This document shows, one piece after another, positions 18,459 to 27,734 of a DNA stretch of 64,000 nucleotides. The translations under genes were made by a program, and so were the position numbers. The notes under the pieces are model-generated. The model ran no database searches. It saw nothing but the letters and a program-made list of their open reading frames with translations, and was not told where the DNA came from. Numbering within the stretch: the first letter of the stretch is position 1; every line of letters starts with the position of its first letter. The stretch is from assembly GCA_965209015.1 (NCBI GenBank), contig OZ242367.1, positions 1,280,865-1,344,864 of the forward strand, given 5' to 3'. The stretch is from Rhodothermales bacterium. Its GTDB lineage: Bacteria; Bacteroidota; Rhodothermia; Rhodothermales; Bin80.

Positions 18459-20078
18459 ATGGAGTTTGCTAACCTTTTGACAATCATCATCTTCCTACCT
18501 TTGGTGGGATCACTCCTTTTGTTGTTTGCACCGAGCGATCGGTCCGTCCGATGGTTCTCTCTATTGGTGACGTTGGGGACCTTTCTCCTTTCCCTCCCCC
18601 TGTGGTTTGGCTTTGATGTAGCAAATGCCGCCGAACTGCAATTCCGCACTGCAGAATTTCCTTTGATCTCCGAGAGTTTAGATGTAAGCTATCTGATTGG
18701 AATTGATGGATTCAGTTTGCTTCTTGTGCTACTGACTACATTTTTGGGGCCAATTATTGTCCTATGTTCTTGGACTTATATCAAAGAGAGTGCTAAAGGC
18801 TACTATGCTCTCCTACTCATTCTTCAGACAGGGATGACCGGTGTCTTTTGTGCCTTTGATGTGCTCCTTTTCTACATTTTCTTTGAGCTAACCCTGATCC
18901 CGATGTATTTCCTCATTGGTATTTGGGGTGGAGAGCGACGTATTTACGCTGCCATCAAGTTTGTGATTTACACGATGGCAGGTTCTCTCCTGATGCTGAT
19001 TGCGATCCTCTATCTGGGATACGCAGCAGGGAATGCGGTCAATGATGGCGTATTCACCACAAATTATTTCAAATTGTTATCATTTGATGTTCCTCTTGGA
19101 ATGCAGTCTTGGCTGTTTATTCTATTCGCGTTTGCCTTTGCGATCAAGGTTCCAATTTTCCCTTTTCATACTTGGCTACCAGATGCGCACGTTCAAGCTC
19201 CAACAGGTGGATCGGTAGTTCTCGCTGGCGTCTTGCTCAAAATGGGGACCTATGGCTTAGTTCGTTTCTGTCTTCCCTTCTTTCCTAGTGCAGCGGCAGC
19301 GCATACGCTTCTGATTGGTATCTTTGCTGTGATTGGTATTGTGTATGGAGCACTGGTTTCTCGTGCCCAGAGTGATGCAAAAAAGCTGGTTGCCTATTCA
19401 AGCGTGAGTCATCTCGGGTTTGTTGTATTGGGAATTTTTGCATTGACGCTTGAGAGTGTTCAAGGTGCGATGATCCAGATGATCAATCATGGCATCTCTA
19501 CAGGAGCTTTATTCTTGATTGTTGGAATGTTGTACGAGAGACGGCATACTCGTCTGATGGCTGACTATGGCGGCATCGCCAGATCTGTACCCATTCTGAC
19601 ATTCTTTATGGTACTTACAGCATTAGCCAGTGCAGGCCTTCCAGGCCTGAATGGTTTCGTTGGAGAGTTCCTGATTCTCGTGGGTGCATTTAGCAGCGAA
19701 GCGCCTGGGATTCCAGTTCTGACCATCATCGCCACCACGGGTGTAATTCTTGCGGCGGTTTACCTTCTCTGGATGCTAAGCCGTATGTTCTTTGGTCCGT
19801 TAACGATTGAAGCGAATCGGACTATGTCTGATTTGAATGGTAGAGAGTTGGCTATACTCATTCCAATGGCGTTGTTGATGATTGTACTTGGCTTAATTCC
19901 CAAGCCATTTTTGAAGGTAAGTGAACCTGCTGCAGCGCGCTTGATTCAAGTTATTGAAGAAAAACGTGCACTAGCCGAGATTGATGATCCTAACCTACAG
20001 CGCATTTTTGAGCTTAACCAAAGATCGTCAACACCGTCCTCTTCGCCTGTTGACACTCCTTCTACCCCCCAACCGTAA
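18459..20078 (+). CDS. nuoM: NADH-quinone oxidoreductase subunit M (with Ser/Pro/Thr-rich C-terminal tail)
   Basis: FPFHTWLPDAHVQAPTGGSVVLAGVLLKMGTYG signature. 539 aa. Confidence 0.93.
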   Translation: MEFANLLTIIIFLPLVGSLLLLFAPSDRSVRWFSLLVTLGTFLLSLPLWFGFDVANAAELQFRTAEFPLISESLDVSYLIGIDGFSLLLVLLTTFLGPIIVLCSWTYIKESAKGYYALLLILQTGMTGVFCAFDVLLFYIFFELTLIPMYFLIGIWGGERRIYAAIKFVIYTMAGSLLMLIAILYLGYAAGNAVNDGVFTTNYFKLLSFDVPLGMQSWLFILFAFAFAIKVPIFPFHTWLPDAHVQAPTGGSVVLAGVLLKMGTYGLVRFCLPFFPSAAAAHTLLIGIFAVIGIVYGALVSRAQSDAKKLVAYSSVSHLGFVVLGIFALTLESVQGAMIQMINHGISTGALFLIVGMLYERRHTRLMADYGGIARSVPILTFFMVLTALASAGLPGLNGFVGEFLILVGAFSSEAPGIPVLTIIATTGVILAAVYLLWMLSRMFFGPLTIEANRTMSDLNGRELAILIPMALLMIVLGLIPKPFLKVSEPAAARLIQVIEEKRALAEIDDPNLQRIFELNQRSSTPSSSPVDTPSTPQP

Positions 20079-20091
20079 TCCTCAATATTTC

Positions 20092-21633
20092 ATGACTTAT
20101 TTGCGATTACTTTACTTTTTTTTCGTGCTGATTATTCTGACTTATGCTCCAGAAACTTTGGCCCAGGAGACCGAGGTATCTTCGAGTACAGTTCAGGAGG
20201 TTGAGGACACGACCCGTGCAATGATGAATGATACTCAGGAGGCGACTGGCGAGGGTGAGATGCACACGGATGAGGGAGGATATGAGGAAGCACATGATGA
20301 TGGACACGCAAAAACGCTTCCCCCTTTGTGGCTCGTTGCTCCTTTTGTGGTTCTTCTTCTAATGATTGCGACCGGTCCACTCTTTTATGGTCATCATTGG
20401 CATAGTCATTATCCCAAGTATGCCGTTGGATTAGGACTGTTTGTAACGATATACTACTTGTTCGTTCTCCAGGACAGCTACTCAATGCTCCATGCACTCC
20501 AGGAATATCTTTCGTTTATTGCACTGGTGGCTTCACTGTTTATTGCAGCGAGCGGAATATTTTTAAAGGTGAACGCAAGAGGGACTCCACTGGCAAATAT
20601 TTCACTCCTCTCTGTGGGAGCTGTTGTAGCCAATCTAATTGCCACCACCGGTGCAGCGATGTTGTTCATACGTCCGTATATGCGACTGAATAAGGGACGC
20701 CTGAAGGCGTACCACATTGTGTTTTTCATCTTCATTATTGCGAATGTTGGTGGAGCAATGACTCCGATTGGTGATCCTCCACTCTTTTTGGGATTTCTGC
20801 GTGGTGTTCCATTTTTCTGGACTGCCATCAATTTATGGTATATCTGGGTACCTACGATCATTGTATTGCTGGCCATTTTTTATGTGATTGACAGTCGCAA
20901 CAAAGCTGAATCAACGACAGAAATTACCTCAGGAAAGACCATTGAGATTCAGGGTGTCCGAAGCTTCCTTTTTGTGGTAATAATTGTTCTCTCCGTGTTT
21001 ATTGACCCCAATGTGATTAGCTCACTCAAGGGCACAACATGGGATTTAGTAGGAACCTATCACCTTCCATTTGGAATCCGAGAGATCATTATGTTTTCGA
21101 TGTGTGTACTCGCATTTATGTTCTGTGACAAGGGAGCATTGAAAAAGAATGAGTTCACCTTTGAACCGATTCGAGAGGTAGGTTGGCTGTTCTTAGGTAT
21201 CTTTGCATGTATGGTACCGGCATTAGCATTGATTTCAAATTATGCGGCCGAGAATGCGGAAGGACTTAATGCGACAACGTTTTACTGGGGAACCGGGGTC
21301 CTATCGGGCATTCTGGATAATGCTCCTACATATCTCAATTTTCTGGCTGCCGCCATGGGTAAGTTTGGTTTAGATGTAAACAACGCACTTGATGTGAAGG
21401 AATTCGCTAGTACGGATACACTCTATTTATCTGCAATTTCAATTGCTGCGGTATTCTTTGGCGCCATGACCTACATTGGAAATGCACCTAACTTTATGGT
21501 CAAGGCTATTGCCGATTCCAACAATGTGGATGCTCCATCCTTTGTTGGCTATTTAGTCAAGTATGGACTGACCATTCTGCTACCTGTCTATGCGTTGGTT
21601 TGGCTGGTCTTTTACAGTGGATGGATTTTTTAA
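20092..21633 (+). CDS. NhaD/ArsB-superfamily Na+/H+ antiporter-like permease embedded in the nuo cluster
   Basis: Polytopic. GGAMTPIGDPPLFLGFLRGVPFFW motif. The ATG at 20092 gives signal-like MTYLRLLYFFFVLIILTYAPETLAQE. The track start at 19981 overlaps nuoM and was not used. Confidence 0.75.
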   Translation: MTYLRLLYFFFVLIILTYAPETLAQETEVSSSTVQEVEDTTRAMMNDTQEATGEGEMHTDEGGYEEAHDDGHAKTLPPLWLVAPFVVLLLMIATGPLFYGHHWHSHYPKYAVGLGLFVTIYYLFVLQDSYSMLHALQEYLSFIALVASLFIAASGIFLKVNARGTPLANISLLSVGAVVANLIATTGAAMLFIRPYMRLNKGRLKAYHIVFFIFIIANVGGAMTPIGDPPLFLGFLRGVPFFWTAINLWYIWVPTIIVLLAIFYVIDSRNKAESTTEITSGKTIEIQGVRSFLFVVIIVLSVFIDPNVISSLKGTTWDLVGTYHLPFGIREIIMFSMCVLAFMFCDKGALKKNEFTFEPIREVGWLFLGIFACMVPALALISNYAAENAEGLNATTFYWGTGVLSGILDNAPTYLNFLAAAMGKFGLDVNNALDVKEFASTDTLYLSAISIAAVFFGAMTYIGNAPNFMVKAIADSNNVDAPSFVGYLVKYGLTILLPVYALVWLVFYSGWIF

Positions 21634-21651
21634 TATTATTCCGAGTAATCA

Positions 21652-21951
21652 ATGAATCGCGAACCACTTGATCAGAGCGCTCTCAAGCAGGCTCTGGACT
21701 CACTCCAAGATTGGGAGTACCAAAACGATCGGCTTTCGAAGACATTCAAGTTTTCGGATTTTCATGAATCCGTAGCATTCATTGTGCGGATTGCATTCCA
21801 TGCGGATGAGTTAGATCACCATCCTATACTGTATAATGTCTATAATCAGGTCCGAGTTGAACTCACAACACATAGCGCGGGCAACAAGGTTACTCAGATG
21901 GATGTGCTATTAGCACGAGCCATTGATAAGGTGATGGGTGGCCAAAATTAG
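21652..21951 (+). CDS. pterin-4-alpha-carbinolamine dehydratase
   Basis: 99 aa. FHADELDHHPILYNVYNQVRVELTTH is the PCD/DCoH His-His-Pro signature. Confidence 0.88.
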   Translation: MNREPLDQSALKQALDSLQDWEYQNDRLSKTFKFSDFHESVAFIVRIAFHADELDHHPILYNVYNQVRVELTTHSAGNKVTQMDVLLARAIDKVMGGQN

Positions 21952-21955
21952 CCTG

Positions 21956-23455
21956 ATGGAGCTTTCTTCCGCGTTTGATACCATTCTATCTGATCTAGCT
22001 GGAGGGGCTTCAATTCTCTGGCTCTCTCTGGTCGGCATCGTCGTTATTGTATGGGATATATTCCGTAACGATGCTCCATCACTCCCTTGGATTGCTGGCC
22101 TCTCAGTTGTCATTGCTCTATTTTTTGAGTTAACTAAGATCGGGGATCCGGCCTCTACTGTCTTTTTTTCGCTCATTCAGACCGGAGGTCCTGCTTCGTT
22201 CATTAGTGTGATCATTCTGATCAGCTCACTATTTTCCATCATTCTTGCTATCCCTTACCTAAAAGGAATTCGGCGCAGTTATGGTGAGATTTATGCTCTC
22301 ATGTTGTTTGCAACCAGCGGGATGATCCTTTTGGGGACGGCTAATAATATGGTGACCGTTTTTGTAGGACTCGAAACCATGTCCATTGCCCTCTATATTC
22401 TGACTGGTATTGTACGCAGCGATGAGGGGGCATTGGAGAGCGCTCTGAAATATTTTTTATTAGGTGCTTTCTCAACCGGTTTTTTCCTTTACGGGATCGC
22501 GCTTATATACGGTGCTACCGAAACCATGTATTTCAACGAGATGACCTTCGGGTATTCGGTCAGTGAATTGCGCCCTCTATTCTGGGTTGGAGTTGCGCTT
22601 TTCTTGGTTGGGTTTATGTTTAAGGTGGGTGCAGTTCCTTTTCACATGTGGACACCGGATGTCTATCAAGGGGCTCCTACGCCATTGACCGGTTTTATGG
22701 CCACGGCATCCAAGGCAGCTGCATTTGCAGCTCTTATCCTTGTACTCTATCATGGAATTGGAACGCTGGAACCTGGAGGGGCGGAGTGGCAACGGGTATT
22801 GGCTCTGGTTGCGCTAGTTACGGTCGTGATCGGGAATTTACTGGCTCTCACACAGGATAATGTAAAGCGGATGCTCGCATATTCCTCTATTGCACACGCC
22901 GGGTATATATTGATTGCTCTTGCTGCCGGAACTTCTGAGGCATATGCGGGGGCGGTGTACTATCTCTTGATCTATGCTATCATGAATATTGGGGCATTCG
23001 GTGCGATTGCGTTACTGGAGTGGGATGGTAAGGAAGGGCGGCGTCAGACACTTGACTCCCTTGCCGGGATTGGTTTCAAAAAGCCTGTGGTCGGCGTTAC
23101 GATGGGTATATTCATGTTCAGCCTCACCGGATTTCCCCCATTGGGCGGATTTTTTGGTAAGCTTGCGGTCTTTGCGCCTGCTGTAAATGCAGGTCTCACT
23201 TGGTTGGCAATCGTGGGTGTACTGGCAAGTGTCTTTTCGGGGTATTATTATTTGCGGGTGCTATACGTGTTCTGGATGAAACCATTCAGCGAGGCGGATC
23301 CTGCGGTTCAATCTGCTTCATTTCCTGTGCCACGTTCATCATCTATCGTGCTCATCACCTGTTCAATCCTGCTGTTGGGGATTGGTTTGGTTCCGGGGAT
23401 TCGGGACCTGACCTTGTCATTCTTCTCCCAGGGAGTATTTGCTGCCCTACCGTAG
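21956..23455 (+). CDS. nuoN: NADH-quinone oxidoreductase subunit N
   Basis: KVGAVPFHMWTPDVYQGAPTP and MLAYSSIAHAGY motifs. The ATG at 21956 is 5 nt after the pcd stop. An alternative GTG at 21938 overlaps pcd. Confidence 0.9.
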   Translation: MELSSAFDTILSDLAGGASILWLSLVGIVVIVWDIFRNDAPSLPWIAGLSVVIALFFELTKIGDPASTVFFSLIQTGGPASFISVIILISSLFSIILAIPYLKGIRRSYGEIYALMLFATSGMILLGTANNMVTVFVGLETMSIALYILTGIVRSDEGALESALKYFLLGAFSTGFFLYGIALIYGATETMYFNEMTFGYSVSELRPLFWVGVALFLVGFMFKVGAVPFHMWTPDVYQGAPTPLTGFMATASKAAAFAALILVLYHGIGTLEPGGAEWQRVLALVALVTVVIGNLLALTQDNVKRMLAYSSIAHAGYILIALAAGTSEAYAGAVYYLLIYAIMNIGAFGAIALLEWDGKEGRRQTLDSLAGIGFKKPVVGVTMGIFMFSLTGFPPLGGFFGKLAVFAPAVNAGLTWLAIVGVLASVFSGYYYLRVLYVFWMKPFSEADPAVQSASFPVPRSSSIVLITCSILLLGIGLVPGIRDLTLSFFSQGVFAALP

Positions 23456-23464
23456 GACGTCATA

Positions 23465-23998
23465 ATGCGTACATTGATTGAGGACCTGATCCCCCATGCT
23501 CCAGAGATCGGACTCTATGTTGCTCCTGAAATTCCTCACAAACGCCTCAGGGGTGCAACGCGTGATTATGCAAAGGATGTGCATCCAGAAGACATTATTG
23601 CCCTCTACGATGGCACGTTTTTGGGCAATGGAAAGGATGGAGCAGTTTTCCTTGAGGATCGGTTGATTTTTCAAAATTCGGATCTGGAGCCTTCACAGAC
23701 ACTGCACTACCGTGACATTGTATTTGTTGAGTCTAGCCGATCAAGATTGCGTGGAGCATCAATTAAAATGGAGATCAACCGAGGGAAGGCAACATTTCCG
23801 GTCAAACTTGATCTTTCTAAGCACCCCCGAAGCCTCGAGTATATCGAAAAACTACTTCGTAAGCTTATGGTAGCTCCGGAACCATCCGTTGTACAGGAAA
23901 CGAACTGGACAGTGGTTTCAAAGGCACTCAACCGTCTTCTTTCTGAGGGACATTTAACCGAGTCTGACTATCAGAGATTGATCAGTTTTCGCCCATGA
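23465..23998 (+). CDS. hypothetical protein with SHOCT-like C-terminal tail, 9 nt downstream of nuoN
   Basis: C-terminus LNRLLSEGHLTESDYQRLISF resembles the SHOCT short C-terminal domain. The N-terminal half is not assignable. Confidence 0.5.
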   Translation: MRTLIEDLIPHAPEIGLYVAPEIPHKRLRGATRDYAKDVHPEDIIALYDGTFLGNGKDGAVFLEDRLIFQNSDLEPSQTLHYRDIVFVESSRSRLRGASIKMEINRGKATFPVKLDLSKHPRSLEYIEKLLRKLMVAPEPSVVQETNWTVVSKALNRLLSEGHLTESDYQRLISFRP

Positions 23999-24078
23999 TT
24001 CAACTCAATCATCATTAGTTATATTTGAACAATTAGCAGTAAATTCGGTAAGCTTCCTTACACTCATCATATACTACA

Positions 24079-24693
24079 ATGGCTTTTCAACTTCCTGACC
24101 TTCCATATGCATATGCTGCACTTGAGCCCTACATTGATGCACGAACCATGGAGATTCACCATGGCAAGCATCATCAGGCTTATACCACGAATCTAAACAA
24201 GGCTCTGGAATCTCACGCTGATCTGCAGGCAAAATCTATTGAGGAATTGCTGCATGGGTTTGCCGAACTGCCCGAAAGTGTTCAGCCGGCGGTACGTAAT
24301 AATGGTGGAGGATTTGCGAACCATAATCTTTTTTGGACTATCCTGAGTCCGACGGGTGGTGGTTCTCCAACGGGAGAGTTAGCCATGGCAATCAATGGAG
24401 CATTTGGGTCATTTGAGGATTTTAAGTCCAAGTTCTCAGCTGCCGCTGCCACACGGTTCGGTAGTGGTTGGGCATGGCTTGTTTCAGACTCCTCTGGTGC
24501 CATACATGTCTATTCTACGCCAAATCAGGACAGTCCATATATGCAGGGCCATACCCCACTCCTTGGATTAGATGTGTGGGAGCATGCTTATTATCTCAAT
24601 TACCAGAACCGCCGACCTGATTATGTGTCTGCATTCTGGAACCTCGTGAATTGGGATCAGGTGGCGAACAATCTTTCAACTGCAACCAAATAG
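24079..24693 (+). CDS. sod: Fe/Mn superoxide dismutase
   Basis: [36 protein letters not shown]. Confidence 0.95.
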   Translation: MAFQLPDLPYAYAALEPYIDARTMEIHHGKHHQAYTTNLNKALESHADLQAKSIEELLHGFAELPESVQPAVRNNGGGFANHNLFWTILSPTGGGSPTGELAMAINGAFGSFEDFKSKFSAAAATRFGSGWAWLVSDSSGAIHVYSTPNQDSPYMQGHTPLLGLDVWEHAYYLNYQNRRPDYVSAFWNLVNWDQVANNLSTATK

Positions 24694-24838
24694 TCTCAGA
24701 TTTGCGGATTTGGTGAGAGGTGCTCCCTGACTGATCAATAGAACGGTTTGGTGAAGCTTTAGATTTTCTTGAGCCTCAGTAGAACCAGCGCTGGAATTAA
24801 GCTGGCGAGCGTATGTATTTTCAACCATCTTGGCTCTT

Positions 24839-27079
24839 TCAGCGGATGAATGTATACGTGTATTTCAAAAATAGCGTTCTGGAATCTAGAGTTGAAAGGA
24901 GAGGAAGTTCATTCATCCGATCGGTGTTGCGTCCTTCATTGTACACAAGCCAGAAATCATTTCCTTCCTTAAAATTGTAACGGAAGCGTACATTTGCAGA
25001 CACCACATCTGCTGAGGTGCTGTATTGCAGGAAGGTACTCACGCTGGCCGCAGTTGAAAAACTAATTTGAGTCCGAATTCGGGCAAGGTGGACAAAAAAC
25101 TCCTGCTCGCGGTCTGGAAATCGTACACGATTGAATTGGTATGTTCCTCCGAACTCCAAATACCGGGATGGATTCCAGGTAGGTTCTAATTCGATTTGGA
25201 TATTTGAGCCATCATAGAACTGTCCCAATTCGATAGATCCATCTATACGCCATAGACGTCCATAGCGCATCTCATAGTCCCAATTGAAGCTATAAAAATT
25301 ATATCTGCCGACAGGGATTTCAGATTCTTCAGGGAGCTCAACTGGTTCATTCAGGCTATCAATCCGAGACTCAAACCGAAAAGTATGAGAATCGCCTGAC
25401 TTCATATTAATGAACCAATCAGCCCAGATAATCTGTGTCTCGAGACTACCATCTGAGTCATGCAGGAATTGTGCGAATAACAATTGTGGTCGGATAGATT
25501 GAATTTTTGAGTGTTCGCCTGCAAACCAGCCATATCCAACTAGAAAGAGTGATTGAAAAAAGCCAGTTCGAGATACAAAACCAATGCCAGGTTCAAATTC
25601 TTTTCCTCCCCAGACGGATGCGAATCGATAGGAAAACCCAATTTCCGTACGCCTTTGGATCTGTAACCGAGCAAAGCCATTGGCTCTTGGGTCGTGGCGC
25701 GATGATCGTTCATCAAATGTTTGTGCCCACTTTAATTCAAGGTATTCATTAGGTGTAATTTTGATCTGGGAATCAAGTCCATACACTATATTTCGATTTC
25801 CCGTCGAACCGAGTCGTGTGGTTGCTAGAGCACCTATGAAAGAGTTGGGGTTAACTGCCTGTCGCCGAAGGCGATAGACACCAAAATTTTCAGAGGGGTT
25901 CCCATGGGCTGCTGCCGTTTGCATATTGATGAATCCGATATCCCAGTCGCCAACTCGTCCGACCAGACGCGCACCTCCATAGATGGGGACCGTTTCACTC
26001 TCATAGAGTCCAATCTGGCGAGTATCAAATATTCGATCGGATAGTCCTACGGTCCGGAATTCAAAAATACCAGATCGTTCTTGAAAAAATCTGCGTTTTT
26101 CAGGGAAAAAAAGAGAGAAGCGAGTAAGGTTAACCTGCTGATCATCCGCTTCAACCTGGGCAAAGTCTGTATTCACAGTGAGGTCAAGCGTCAGGTTATT
26201 GGTAAGGTTATATTTCACATCTCCACCGATATCTCCTGACCAACTCGATTGTTGATCATATTGAGACTCATCATCAGAGAGTACCGAAAGCTGCTCCATT
26301 CCGCTGGCCACATAGGGAGTGATATAAAAAGGTCGCCCTACACGTACATCGCGCAAGTAGATCCGGCGTAACCTACTTGGTTTCGCATAGCTCATATCCC
26401 AATTGGGGGGAATCGCGGGGAATTCATGAACTTCGTTTTTTCTGGAAATACGGCGTATCACGGACATGCCCATTTCCACCAGACCATTTACAGACTGGAA
26501 ACCCAGGCTTGTGAAAGGTATTCGGATTTCAACAGACCAACCGAAGTCTGTTCGCTGAGTGGCTGAGTCCCAAAAGGTGTTCCAGCTTGAATTAATCACT
26601 GTGGCAAAGGGATCTCGCCCACCTGATTCTAGATCATTAGAAATGGCCCTATCAATCCGAACATTATTTGGGGTAATGGAGAACCACAAAGCATTCTGGC
26701 GGTCATTGAACGTATCAAGAATAAGACCAACTGTATCATCTCCACTATACCGGTCCCTATACATCGAATTTGCACGAATTCCCTCGGGATTGCGATCAAA
26801 CAATTTTCCTCCAAGGTATAGGTACTGATCATCGTAGGCCACTCGAATATCTGTCCGTTCGGTCATACGATCCATAAAGACTGGACTATACATGACCAAT
26901 GGTAATGAGTCCACCTTCTCCCAGGCTAAGTCATTCAAAGACCCATCTACCTGAATTGGCCCCGTTAATCTGGGTAGAACCAGTGGGGGATTTATATTAG
27001 GAGACTGTGCCAAAGTGTCGGGTACTGTCAATTGACACAGGGCATAAATAATGATTACAGCCCGTAGCAAAGAGTGCAT
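24839..27079 (-). CDS. DUF5916 / carbohydrate-binding-family-9-like outer-membrane protein
   Basis: Signal peptide MHSLLRAVIIIYALCQLTVPDTLAQ from the ATG at 27079 (the ORF is open to 27145). CBM9-like N-terminal region. Long beta-strand-rich C-terminus ending YTYTFIR. Confidence 0.65.
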   Translation of the reverse strand: MHSLLRAVIIIYALCQLTVPDTLAQSPNINPPLVLPRLTGPIQVDGSLNDLAWEKVDSLPLVMYSPVFMDRMTERTDIRVAYDDQYLYLGGKLFDRNPEGIRANSMYRDRYSGDDTVGLILDTFNDRQNALWFSITPNNVRIDRAISNDLESGGRDPFATVINSSWNTFWDSATQRTDFGWSVEIRIPFTSLGFQSVNGLVEMGMSVIRRISRKNEVHEFPAIPPNWDMSYAKPSRLRRIYLRDVRVGRPFYITPYVASGMEQLSVLSDDESQYDQQSSWSGDIGGDVKYNLTNNLTLDLTVNTDFAQVEADDQQVNLTRFSLFFPEKRRFFQERSGIFEFRTVGLSDRIFDTRQIGLYESETVPIYGGARLVGRVGDWDIGFINMQTAAAHGNPSENFGVYRLRRQAVNPNSFIGALATTRLGSTGNRNIVYGLDSQIKITPNEYLELKWAQTFDERSSRHDPRANGFARLQIQRRTEIGFSYRFASVWGGKEFEPGIGFVSRTGFFQSLFLVGYGWFAGEHSKIQSIRPQLLFAQFLHDSDGSLETQIIWADWFINMKSGDSHTFRFESRIDSLNEPVELPEESEIPVGRYNFYSFNWDYEMRYGRLWRIDGSIELGQFYDGSNIQIELEPTWNPSRYLEFGGTYQFNRVRFPDREQEFFVHLARIRTQISFSTAASVSTFLQYSTSADVVSANVRFRYNFKEGNDFWLVYNEGRNTDRMNELPLLSTLDSRTLFLKYTYTFIR

Positions 27080-27645
27080 TATCGTAAATGCTGTGGAATG
27101 TCCTTCCCTTGAATGTATAGGGTTCCCCAAAAAATCATCTATCATCCCAGATTTTTCACTCGTTGGAGTTGATTAATATTCTGAGGAAGTTAGTTTTCAA
27201 ATTACCAATGATTCAACACCGAATCTAGTGTATTCGTGGTGATTGGTAAAGTAGCATTTCTAACTGAAATTGTACACGGTCTGATTGAGACCGGTAAGGG
27301 GCACTTCCATTCACTACAATTTAGTACAGAATCAAGATCAATTTTCAAGAGAAATATGCAAACAAAACGGTTGTGAGCTTACTGAGGGCATGGAAGAGAT
27401 GCTGGCACTACAATGATTGTAGATTAGCAAGACAAAAGTAAAGCAGGAGACCGTTGAAATTATAAAACATTTCAATAGCAGAATCAAAATGCGTAATGGA
27501 GAATCAAGTGATGGAAGCTCTTTGATTCGTGTCCTTGGTGGAGCGCAACGAACCTGAAAGAGAGGTCGTAACAAATGAAACCGATCAGACACAAAGACTA
27601 ACAAATAGATATCTAGACTGCTTTTCAGGAATAACCAAAGAAAAA

Positions 27646-27655
27646 GGGGGGGGGG
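27646..27655. repeat. homopolymeric G10 tract
   Basis: Ten consecutive G counted at 27646-27655, about 65-80 nt upstream of the tatD start. Confidence 0.9.
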
Positions 27656-27734
27656 TAATTCTATTTCTAATCAATTGAGACGAACAAATTTCAGATAAGA
27701 ATGATACTTTGCCATACTCATGCTCCATGGGGAA

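Noticed and set aside
19981-20091. Track start of the NhaD-like ORF, which overlaps the last 98 nt of nuoM.
   Set aside because: The translation of the overlap (MMILTYSAFLSLTKDRQHRPLRLL...) is not membrane-protein-like. The ATG at 20092 gives a proper hydrophobic leader right after the nuoM stop.
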